Below, piece by piece: positions 8,601-15,657 of a stretch of 24,000 nt of DNA. How positions within the stretch are numbered: the first letter of the stretch is position 1; each line of letters starts with the position of its first letter. Source of the stretch: Pseudomonas knackmussii B13 (lineage in GTDB: Bacteria; Pseudomonadota; Gammaproteobacteria; Pseudomonadales; Pseudomonadaceae); NCBI RefSeq assembly GCF_000689415.1, contig NZ_HG322950.1, positions 514,295 to 538,294 of the forward strand, in the 5' to 3' direction. Below the pieces are notes generated by a model. That model saw nothing but the letters and a program-made list of their open reading frames with translations, was not told the origin of the DNA and did not search any database. A program made the position numbers and the translations under genes.

Positions 8601-9095
8601 ATGAACCTGCGCCGCGCCGGCCTGCTGCTCGCTTTCTGCTGTTCCCCTGTGTTCGCCGCCCAGCCGGCCACCTGGGGCTGGGTCGAGCAGGCCAAGCTGA
8701 TGCCGGAGAACGTGCTGCTCAAGGCGCGCCTGGACACCGGCGTGCAGACCTCGGTGATGGACGCGCGCAACGTGGTGAAGATTCGCAAGAACGACCAGCG
8801 CTGGGTGCAGTACGACATCGTGGTGACCGACCCGGCGACCGGCCAGGAGCAGCGCTTCCCCTTCGAGCGCCCGGTCGAGCGTCAGCTCAAGGTGCGCGTG
8901 GCGGATGGATTCGAGCACCGGCCGGTGGTGTCGATGGACATCTGCATGGGCGAGAAGCTGTACCACGAGCAGTTCGCCCTCTCCGACCGCCAGGGCGACG
9001 ATGCCCAGGTCCTGCTGGGCCGCCGCACCCTCGAACATCTTGGCGCGGTGGATGCGTCCAAGACCCTCACCACCCCGCCCACCTGCAAGCCCTGA
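8601..9095 (+). CDS. Secreted retropepsin-like protein, DUF785 / 'putative ATP-dependent zinc protease' (RimB-like) family, paralogue 1
   Basis: 164-aa ORF with a Sec signal (MNLRRAGLLLAFCCSPVFA/AQP) and the aspartic-protease-like signature RLDTGVQTS. It resembles the ORF at 14392-14907 (W/YEWV...L.AK/R.DTG..TS...A....). A TGGAG lies 8 nt upstream of the ATG. Confidence 0.75.
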   Translation: MNLRRAGLLLAFCCSPVFAAQPATWGWVEQAKLMPENVLLKARLDTGVQTSVMDARNVVKIRKNDQRWVQYDIVVTDPATGQEQRFPFERPVERQLKVRVADGFEHRPVVSMDICMGEKLYHEQFALSDRQGDDAQVLLGRRTLEHLGAVDASKTLTTPPTCKP

Positions 9096-9096
9096 G

Positions 9097-10530
9097 TCAG
9101 TGCCCGTCGTCGGGCTCCAGGCGCCGCGGCGCCTGTGACGTACGGCCGTCCTCGCCGGAGAGCTGGAAGAAGATCGCCGCCGCCAGCATCGACATCACGC
9201 CCACGCTCAGATAGGTAGCGTGGAACGCCCCCAGCACGTCGCCGGCATTGATCTCGATATCGGCCTGGAACCCGCCCAGCAGCGCCGCCGCGCACGCCAC
9301 GCCAAGGCCGATCGACAATTGCATGACCACCGAGAGCAGGCTGTTGCCGGCGCTGGCGTTGTCGTCGCGCAGGTCGATCAGGGTCAGGGTGTTCATCGCC
9401 GTGAACTGCAGCGAGTTGACCGCGCCGAGCAGGCCCAGGTGGATCAGCAGCCAGACATGGGGTGTGTCCTGGTCGATCAGGCCGAAGCTCGCAATCAACG
9501 CACCCAGCAGCAGGGTATTGCCGACCAGCAGGCGGCGATAGCCGAAGAAATCGAGGATCGCCTTGGCCAGCGGCTTGATCGCCATGGCCATGCCGGCCAG
9601 GGGGATCATGCTCATGCCCGCCTTGGCCGGGCTGAAGCCCAGGCCGACCTGCAGCAGCAGCGGCGTGAGGAAGGGCAGGGCGCCGCTGCCCAGGCGGGCG
9701 AACAGGTTGCCCAGCACGCCCACGGCGAAGGTCCGCGTGCGGAACAGGCTCGGCGGGAACAACGGCGCCTCGATGCGCAGCGCGCGCAGCCAGTAGGCGG
9801 CGAGCAGGACCAGGCCGCCGATCAGCAGGAGCACCACGCGTACGTGCGGCATGTGCAGTTCGCCAAGGCCTTCGAGGGCGATGGTGATCAGCAGCATGGA
9901 GCCACCGAAGAGCAGGAAGCCCGGTACGTCGAATCGAGCCTGCCCGGCGCCGCGCAGGTCCGGCATCAGGCGCATGGCGAAGGCCATGCCGAGCAGGCCG
10001 ACCGGGATGTTGATGAGGAAGATCCAGTGCCAGCTGGCGTATTCGACCAACCAGCCGCCCAGTGTCGGGCCGGCCAGCGGACCGACCAGGCCGGGGATGG
10101 TGACGAAGCTGAGCACCCGCACCAGTTCGGTTCGCGGGTACACGCGCAGGATCACCAGGCGCCCCACTGGCATCATCAGTGCGCCGCCCAGGCCCTGCAC
10201 CACGCGGGCGATGACCAGCACGCCGAGGCTCGGCGAGAGCGCGCAGAACAGCGAGCCGAGGCTGAACAGGAAGACCGCGAAGAGAAACACCCGGCGCGTG
10301 CCGAAGCGGTCGGCTATCCAGCCCGACGCGGGAATCAGCAGCGCCACCGTGAGCAGGTAGGAGATGACCACCGCCTGCATGCGCAGCGGGTCCTCGTCCA
10401 GCGAACGGGCCATGCTCGGCAGCGCGGTGTTGAGGATGGTGGCGTCCAGTGCCTGCATGAAGAAGGCCACGGCCACCAGCCATGGAAGGATGCGGGCGAT
10501 GCGCGGGGTGAGGGTGAAGGGCTCGCTCAT
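9097..10530 (-). CDS. MFS transporter, DHA2 (14-TMS, EmrB/MdtD-like) family
   Basis: The ORF is open to 10551. The ATG at 10530 (MSEPFTLTP...) is preferred because AAGGA lies 6 nt upstream on the minus strand. MFS signatures are present (LDATILNTALPSMA, GWIADRFGTRRVF, QGLGGALMMP). The length and hydrophobic profile fit 14 TMS. Confidence 0.9.
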   Translation of the reverse strand: MSEPFTLTPRIARILPWLVAVAFFMQALDATILNTALPSMARSLDEDPLRMQAVVISYLLTVALLIPASGWIADRFGTRRVFLFAVFLFSLGSLFCALSPSLGVLVIARVVQGLGGALMMPVGRLVILRVYPRTELVRVLSFVTIPGLVGPLAGPTLGGWLVEYASWHWIFLINIPVGLLGMAFAMRLMPDLRGAGQARFDVPGFLLFGGSMLLITIALEGLGELHMPHVRVVLLLIGGLVLLAAYWLRALRIEAPLFPPSLFRTRTFAVGVLGNLFARLGSGALPFLTPLLLQVGLGFSPAKAGMSMIPLAGMAMAIKPLAKAILDFFGYRRLLVGNTLLLGALIASFGLIDQDTPHVWLLIHLGLLGAVNSLQFTAMNTLTLIDLRDDNASAGNSLLSVVMQLSIGLGVACAAALLGGFQADIEINAGDVLGAFHATYLSVGVMSMLAAAIFFQLSGEDGRTSQAPRRLEPDDGH

Positions 10531-10732
10531 GATCGATCCTTGCGTCGGCATCCGCCAAGCATAGGGAAAGATGCTCAGGGCCGGTATCGGTGCCGTCGTT
10601 GGTATTCCCGCGTTCAGCTAACCTGAGCGCTAATGCGCTCGGCCGGCCAGGGAGGAACGAAGTCCCGCCGCCTGGGTCGTACCCGTGTTTGGCGCGCCTG
10701 GCGCGCCGGCCATCCATGCAAAGGAGATGTCG

Positions 10733-11260
10733 ATGTCTGTTCGAATCCGTTCCACCCTCGCCGCCGTGGCCCTGCTGTCCGCATCCTCGGCTTTCGCCTT
10801 CAACCTCGGTGACGCGGCCAACGCGGTTTCCGGCATGGCGGGCGGCGGTACTTCCCAGGTCGCCACCACGCCGCAGACCAGCGGCCTGCTCGGTGCGCTC
10901 ACTGGCCAGCTCGGCGTCAACCAGGAACAGGCCGTAGGCGGCACCGGCGCGCTGCTGGGCCTGGCCAAGAACAAACTCAGCGGCGGCGATTATTCGCAGC
11001 TGCTGCAACAGGTGCCGGGGCTGGACAAGTTGTCCGGTAGCAGCGCCCTCGGTGGCCTGGGCGACCTCGGCGGCGCCTCGAAGAGCCTGCTGGGCAACGT
11101 CGGCAGCATGGGCGACGTGAACAAGGCGTTCGGCGCCATGGGCATGGATCAGAGCATGACCGGCAAGTTCGCCAGCGTGCTGCTCGACTATTTCGGCAAG
11201 CAGGGCGTCAGCAGCAACCTGCTGGGCAGCCTGGGCAGCCTCTGGGGCGTTGGCGGCTGA
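10733..11260 (+). CDS. DUF2780-family secreted protein (Gly/Leu-rich), paralogue 1
   Basis: AAGGAG at 10721-10726. ATG 10733 has 6-nt spacing from it, while ATG 10727 abuts the SD. Signal peptide MSVRIRSTLAAVALLSASSAFA/FN. Conserved blocks are shared with the next gene (EQA.GG.GALLGLA.N.L, QL.QQ.PGL..LS, GGLG.LGG, DV...F...GM.Q.M.G.FA.V.LDY, QG..S.LLG.LG..WG). Confidence 0.8.
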   Translation: MSVRIRSTLAAVALLSASSAFAFNLGDAANAVSGMAGGGTSQVATTPQTSGLLGALTGQLGVNQEQAVGGTGALLGLAKNKLSGGDYSQLLQQVPGLDKLSGSSALGGLGDLGGASKSLLGNVGSMGDVNKAFGAMGMDQSMTGKFASVLLDYFGKQGVSSNLLGSLGSLWGVGG

Positions 11261-11276
11261 ACCAAGCCCCTCTGCG

Positions 11277-11331
11277 TAGGAGCGGGCCTGGTTCGCGAAA
11301 AAGCGAATCGCGGATGAGATCCGCTCCTGTG
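11277..11331. repeat. Degenerate REP-like inverted repeat
   Basis: GTAGGAGCGGGCCTGGTTCGCGAA (11277-11300) resembles the REP core seen at 6490 and 18993, with 3 substitutions and 1 insertion. A partial inverted arm CCGCTCCTGT lies at 11321-11330. It sits between the two DUF2780 genes. Confidence 0.55.
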
Positions 11332-11437
11332 CGCTTCCTCGTTTGGCCGACGAGCCGCTCTGAACGAAATTTCTGACATTCAGTCGAAGCTGCGACCCGC
11401 CCCGTTTGCGGCGGATTTCCCTGTCGCGGAGCCTTCG

Positions 11438-12034
11438 ATGATCGCCCGATCCCTTCTCGCCCTCACCGCTTGCCTGTGCCTCGCGTCCTTGCCGGTCGTC
11501 GCCGAAACCTTCGATGAAGCGCCCAGCGCCAACAGCAGCAGCGCCGATGGCAGTGCCGCAGCGCGCAATGCCGCCAACGGCCTGGTGGAAACCCTCGGCC
11601 AACGCCTGAACATCAGCGACGAGCAGGCCATCGGCGGCGTCGGCGCGCTGCTTGGGCTGGCGATGAACCGACTGGAGCCGGCCGACAGCGCGCAACTGCA
11701 GCAGCGCCTTCCGGGGCTCGGGCAACTCTCGTCGGGAACGCTCGATGGCGGGTTGGGAGGACTTGGCGGACTTGCCGGCCTGATCGGTGGCGCCGGGCAA
11801 CTGCTCGGCGGCATCCAGAACCTGCAGGACGTCGACCAGGTCTTCAACGTGTTGGGGATGAACCAGGGCATGGTCGGACAGTTCGCCGGCGTGATGCTCG
11901 ACTACATGGTCCAGCAGGGCCTGAACAGCCAGCTGCTGGGCACCCTGGGGCAGATCTGGGGGAGCCTGCCGAGCATCCCCAAGACCCCGCTCGCACCGGC
12001 GCCGCTGGCGGCTCCGAGCGGCAAGGCCGCCTGA
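11438..12034 (+). CDS. DUF2780-family secreted protein or possible lipoprotein, paralogue 2
   Basis: 198-aa ORF. The N-terminus MIARSLLALTACLCLASLPVVA/ETF has either a lipobox-like LTAC or an SPase I site after VVA. It shares the block structure of the gene at 10733-11260 and adds a Pro/Ala-rich C-terminal tail. Confidence 0.8.
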   Translation: MIARSLLALTACLCLASLPVVAETFDEAPSANSSSADGSAAARNAANGLVETLGQRLNISDEQAIGGVGALLGLAMNRLEPADSAQLQQRLPGLGQLSSGTLDGGLGGLGGLAGLIGGAGQLLGGIQNLQDVDQVFNVLGMNQGMVGQFAGVMLDYMVQQGLNSQLLGTLGQIWGSLPSIPKTPLAPAPLAAPSGKAA

Positions 12035-12035
12035 T

Positions 12036-12923
12036 TCAGAGCTGGGCGCGCAGCTCGCCGATGCGGGCGTCCTTTTCCTGCCAGAGGCGCGATACCCAGA
12101 CCTGCACGTACTGGCGGAATTCCGCGTCGTTCTCGTAATCGCCCTGCCAGAGCGCAGGGTCGATTTCATGGGTGCGAATGTCGACGATCACCTTGGGCAC
12201 TCGCCCGCTGAGCAGGTCCCAGAAACCCGGAGTCCGGCCTTGCGGATAGACCAGCGTGACGTCGAGCATGGCGTCCAGCTGCTCGCCCAGGGCGGCCAGG
12301 ACGAAGGCCACGCCGCCAGCCTTGGGCTTGAGCAGGTGCTGGTAGGGCGATTGCTGCTGGGCCTGCTTGGCGGGTGTGAAGCGGGTTCCTTCGAGGTAGT
12401 TCACCACGGTGACCGGCAGGCCCTTGAACTTCTGGCAGGCGGCCTTGGTGATCTCCAGGTCCTTGCCCTTGAGCTCCGGATGCTTCTCCAGGAAGGCCTT
12501 GCTGTAGCGCTTCATGAAGGGGTAGTCGAGGGCCCAGAAGGCGAGGCCGAGGAAGGGCACCCAGATCAGCTCCTTCTTCAGGAAGAACTTGAAGTAGGGC
12601 GTCTTGCGGTTGAACGCCTGGACCAGTGCCGGGATGTCCACCCACGACTGGTGGTTGCTCACCACCAGGTAGGAGGTGTCGGCACGCAGCGCATCGCCGC
12701 CGCGGATGTCCCAGTGCGTCGGCGTCATCAGGGCGAAGATCGCCTTGTCGATTTCCGCCCAGGTCTCGGCGATCCACATCACCGCGACCGAGCAGGCATC
12801 CTTCAGGCGCTTGCCCGGCAGAACCAGCTTGAGCAGCGCGATCAGCATCATCGGGCCGATCAGGACCAGGGTGTTGAGCAGCAGCAGGAGGCTGGCGAGG
12901 ATGCCCTTCAACGTGGCCAACAT
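12036..12923 (-). CDS. Lysophospholipid (1-acyl-glycerol-3-phosphate) acyltransferase family protein, YihG-like
   Basis: The ORF is open to 13397, but the recognisable protein starts at ATG 12923 (MLATLKGILASLLLLLNTLVLIG...), with AAGGAG 10 nt upstream. It has the HX4D catalytic motif (NHQSWVD), the EGTRF motif and an N-terminal TM anchor. The upstream extension is Arg/Gly/Pro-rich junk. Confidence 0.85.
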   Translation of the reverse strand: MLATLKGILASLLLLLNTLVLIGPMMLIALLKLVLPGKRLKDACSVAVMWIAETWAEIDKAIFALMTPTHWDIRGGDALRADTSYLVVSNHQSWVDIPALVQAFNRKTPYFKFFLKKELIWVPFLGLAFWALDYPFMKRYSKAFLEKHPELKGKDLEITKAACQKFKGLPVTVVNYLEGTRFTPAKQAQQQSPYQHLLKPKAGGVAFVLAALGEQLDAMLDVTLVYPQGRTPGFWDLLSGRVPKVIVDIRTHEIDPALWQGDYENDAEFRQYVQVWVSRLWQEKDARIGELRAQL

Positions 12924-13052
12924 GGCGGTGCGACTCCTTGTTCGAGGTGGCGCGGCCATGATACGCAGGCCGCATTCCTTCCCCAAGTCGCTGCTTCCCG
13001 TCCGGTGTGCCGGCGCACTATGCTCTAGGCAATCCCCCTGCGATTTTTTGCC

Positions 13053-14312
13053 ATGCCCGATTCGATCTACCTGCGCGTGCCGGTCGAAGCCGTGACCCTG
13101 GGGATGTACGTTCACGAGCTCTGCGGGTCCTGGATGGACCACCCTTTCTGGCGCAAGCGTTTCCTCCTGGAAGACCCTGACGACCTGAGACGCCTTCGTG
13201 AAAGCGGCATCCGCGAAGTGCTGATCGATCCGTCCCGGGGGCTTTCGCCACGCCCGGCCCTGGTGCCCGAGGCCGAGCCTGAGACTGATGTGGCGCCGGA
13301 GCCGGCCGCCGAGCCCGTGGCCCAGCCCATTCCCGCCCGGCGCTCCCTGGAGCACGAACTGCGCACCGCGCGGCGTCTGTGCGCACGCTCCAAGCAAGCG
13401 GTCATGGCGATGTTCAGCGATGCGCGCATGGGGAAGGTGGTAGATGCGGAGCAGGCGGTGGAGCTGGTGGCGGAAATCACCGAGTCGGTACTACGCCATC
13501 CCAACGCGCTGATCAGCCTGGCGCGGCTCAAGCACGCCGACGAATACACCTATATGCACTCGGTGGCCGTCTGCGCGCTGATGATCGCCCTGGCCCGCCA
13601 ACTCGATATGGACGACTCGCTCGTGCGCGAAGCAGGGCTGGCCGGCCTGCTGCACGACATCGGCAAGATGCAGGTGCCCCTGGCGGTGCTGAACAAGCCG
13701 GGACGTCTGGAAGAACACGAGTTCGCCAGCGTGCGCGAGCACCCACGCCGGGGCGTCGACATCCTGATCCAGGGGCGCCAGGTCGGCGCGCTGGTGCTGG
13801 ACGTCTGCCTGCACCACCACGAGAAACTCGACGGCAGCGGGTATCCGCATCGCCTGGCGGGTGAGCAGATCAGCCTGTTCGCGCGCATGGGGGCGATCTG
13901 CGACATCTACGACGCCATCACCTCGGACCGCCCCTACAAGGCTGGCTGGGACCCCGCCGAATCGATCCGGCGAATGAACCAGTGGTGTGGCTCGCACCTC
14001 GATGAGCAAGTGTTCCGCGCCTTCGTCAAATGCCTGGGCATCTACCCGGTGGGCTCGCTGGTGCGCTTGGAGAGCGAGCGCCTGGCGGTCGTCATGGACC
14101 AGCACGTCGAATCGCTGCTGACGCCGACGGTGAAGGTGTTCTATTCGGCGCGCACGCGCGCCGCCATTCCCCAGGAAGTGCTCGACCTGGCGCAGCTCAA
14201 AGGCCGCGAGCGCATCGTCGGCCGCGAGTCGCCGGCGCAATGGGGTTTCGGCAATCTGGAGTCGCTCTGGAGCGGGCTCGATCGCCGGCGCGGCTCGCTG
14301 TTCGACGGCTGA
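13053..14312 (+). CDS. HD-GYP domain c-di-GMP phosphodiesterase with an N-terminal DUF3391 domain
   Basis: 419 aa. The N-terminus (YLRVPVEAVTLGMYVHEL...W.DHPFW) matches DUF3391, followed by a Pro/Glu/Ala-rich linker and then HD-GYP. The metal ligands and signature are intact (LLHDIGKMQVP; HHHEKLDGSGYPHRL; DIYDAITSDRPYK). Confidence 0.9.
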   Translation: MPDSIYLRVPVEAVTLGMYVHELCGSWMDHPFWRKRFLLEDPDDLRRLRESGIREVLIDPSRGLSPRPALVPEAEPETDVAPEPAAEPVAQPIPARRSLEHELRTARRLCARSKQAVMAMFSDARMGKVVDAEQAVELVAEITESVLRHPNALISLARLKHADEYTYMHSVAVCALMIALARQLDMDDSLVREAGLAGLLHDIGKMQVPLAVLNKPGRLEEHEFASVREHPRRGVDILIQGRQVGALVLDVCLHHHEKLDGSGYPHRLAGEQISLFARMGAICDIYDAITSDRPYKAGWDPAESIRRMNQWCGSHLDEQVFRAFVKCLGIYPVGSLVRLESERLAVVMDQHVESLLTPTVKVFYSARTRAAIPQEVLDLAQLKGRERIVGRESPAQWGFGNLESLWSGLDRRRGSLFDG

Positions 14313-14391
14313 TCCGCCACCCTGGCGAACCCCCGGGGCGCATGGTAGTCCTATGCGCCATGCTCCCTGCCTTCCGTTCTGGAGAATCCCC

Positions 14392-14907
14392 GTGAAGCGC
14401 GTACTAGCCCTGATTTCCCTGCTCGCCCTGCCTGGCCTGGTGCTGGCCGCCGAGCCAAAACTCTACGGCCGCTACGAATGGGTCGGCCTGCCCGAACTCG
14501 ACCGCACCCTGCAGGCGAAGATGGACACCGGCGCCTACACCTCGTCGCTGTCGGCCAAGGACATCGAGCGCTTCCAGCGCGACGGCGAGGACTGGGTGCG
14601 CTTCCGCCTGGCGACCAAGGAAGGCGGCGACGCGGTCTTCGAGCACAAGCTCGCGCGCATCTCGAAAATCAAGAACCGCGCCGGCGACGACGAAGAGGAC
14701 GCGCAACCCTCGCTCAGCGAACGCCCGGTCATCCTGCTGCCTGTATGCCTGGGTGGCGACCAGCAGGTGATCGAGGTCAACCTCACCGACCGCAGTAACT
14801 TCACCTATCCCTTCCTGATGGGCGCCAAGGGCCTGCGCAAGTTCCACGTCGCGGTCGACCCGGGCGAGCGCTTCGCCGCCGGCAAGCCGAACTGCTCCGG
14901 GAGCTGA
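14392..14907 (+). CDS. Secreted retropepsin-like protein, DUF785 / RimB-like family, paralogue 2
   Basis: GTG 14392 is preceded by GGAGA (14381-14385) at 6-nt spacing. Sec signal VKRVLALISLLALPGLVLA/AEP, a KMDTGAYTS signature, and an acidic insert (NRAGDDEEDAQP). The C-terminus contains CSGS. The ATG at 14353 in the ORF track would bury the signal peptide. Confidence 0.72.
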   Translation: MKRVLALISLLALPGLVLAAEPKLYGRYEWVGLPELDRTLQAKMDTGAYTSSLSAKDIERFQRDGEDWVRFRLATKEGGDAVFEHKLARISKIKNRAGDDEEDAQPSLSERPVILLPVCLGGDQQVIEVNLTDRSNFTYPFLMGAKGLRKFHVAVDPGERFAAGKPNCSGS

Positions 14908-14973
14908 AGCCCGATTGACGGGCCGCGGCGCTTGCGGCTTGATGGCAAGCTTTCAAACCGAGGCACGGACGCC

Positions 14974-15657
14974 ATGCCGCACATCCTCATCGTCGAAGAC
15001 GAAGCCTCCATCGCCGATACGCTGCTCTACGCGCTGCAGTCCGAGGGCTTCGCCACCACCTGGCTGAGCCTGGCGGGCGAGGCCTTGCAGCGTCTGCGCG
15101 AGACGAGCTTCGACCTGGTCATTCTCGACGTCGGCCTGCCCGACATCAGCGGCTTCGAGGCTTGCCGCCAGCTGCGCCGATTCTCCGAGGTGCCGGTGAT
15201 CTTCCTCACCGCACGCGATGGCGAGATCGACCGGGTGGTGGGGCTGGAGATCGGCGCCGACGATTACGTGGTCAAGCCGTTCAGCCCGCGCGAGGTCGCT
15301 GCGCGGGTCAAGGCCATCCTGCGCCGTGGCGCGCTCCGCGAGCAGCCGGTCGCAGTACCGGCGGGGCTGTTCCAGGTGGACGAGGAGCGCTTCCTGATCC
15401 ACTACCGCGGCCAGCCGCTGAACCTCACGCTGCACGAGTTCCGCCTGCTGCAGACCTTGCTGGCGCGACCGGGCCGGGTGTTCAGCCGCGAACAGCTGCT
15501 GGAGGCACTCGGCGTCTCGGCCCAGGCCGGTTACGAACGCAACATCGACACCCATATCAAGGGCCTGCGCGCCAAGCTGCGCCAGGTGGCCGCGGACGCC
15601 GAGCCGATCCAGACCCATCGCGGCCTCGGCTACAGCTACGCGGCGGAGAAGGCCTGA
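14974..15657 (+). CDS. creB: Two-component response regulator CreB (OmpR/PhoB family)
   Basis: MPHILIVEDE...DLVILDVGLPD..GF (receiver domain, with the phospho-acceptor Asp in ILDVGLPD) followed by a winged-helix output domain (LT..EF.LL..L...PGRVFSREQLL ... HRGLGYS). It lies immediately upstream of creC and creD in the canonical order. Confidence 0.92.
   Translation: MPHILIVEDEASIADTLLYALQSEGFATTWLSLAGEALQRLRETSFDLVILDVGLPDISGFEACRQLRRFSEVPVIFLTARDGEIDRVVGLEIGADDYVVKPFSPREVAARVKAILRRGALREQPVAVPAGLFQVDEERFLIHYRGQPLNLTLHEFRLLQTLLARPGRVFSREQLLEALGVSAQAGYERNIDTHIKGLRAKLRQVAADAEPIQTHRGLGYSYAAEKA

Noticed and set aside
8882-12169. 1095-aa ORF on the minus strand, the longest in the track
   Set aside because: It runs antisense or off-frame across four recognisable genes (DUF785-1, MFS, both DUF2780 genes). 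Its translation is Arg/Ala/Gly/Pro-rich low-complexity sequence with no motif, which is the typical stop-codon-poor shadow frame of high-GC DNA.
12924-13397. In-frame N-terminal extension of the acyltransferase ORF (453 aa in the track)
   Set aside because: The extension overlaps the HD-GYP gene on the opposite strand and has junk-like composition. The recognisable acyltransferase begins with its TM anchor at ATG 12923, which has an upstream AAGGAG.
15162-15656. N-terminal extension of the creC ORF (637 aa in the track)
   Set aside because: The extension lies inside creB in a different frame and translates to Pro/Arg/Gly-rich sequence. The ATG at 15657, overlapping the creB stop (TGATG), gives a CreC of canonical length and topology.
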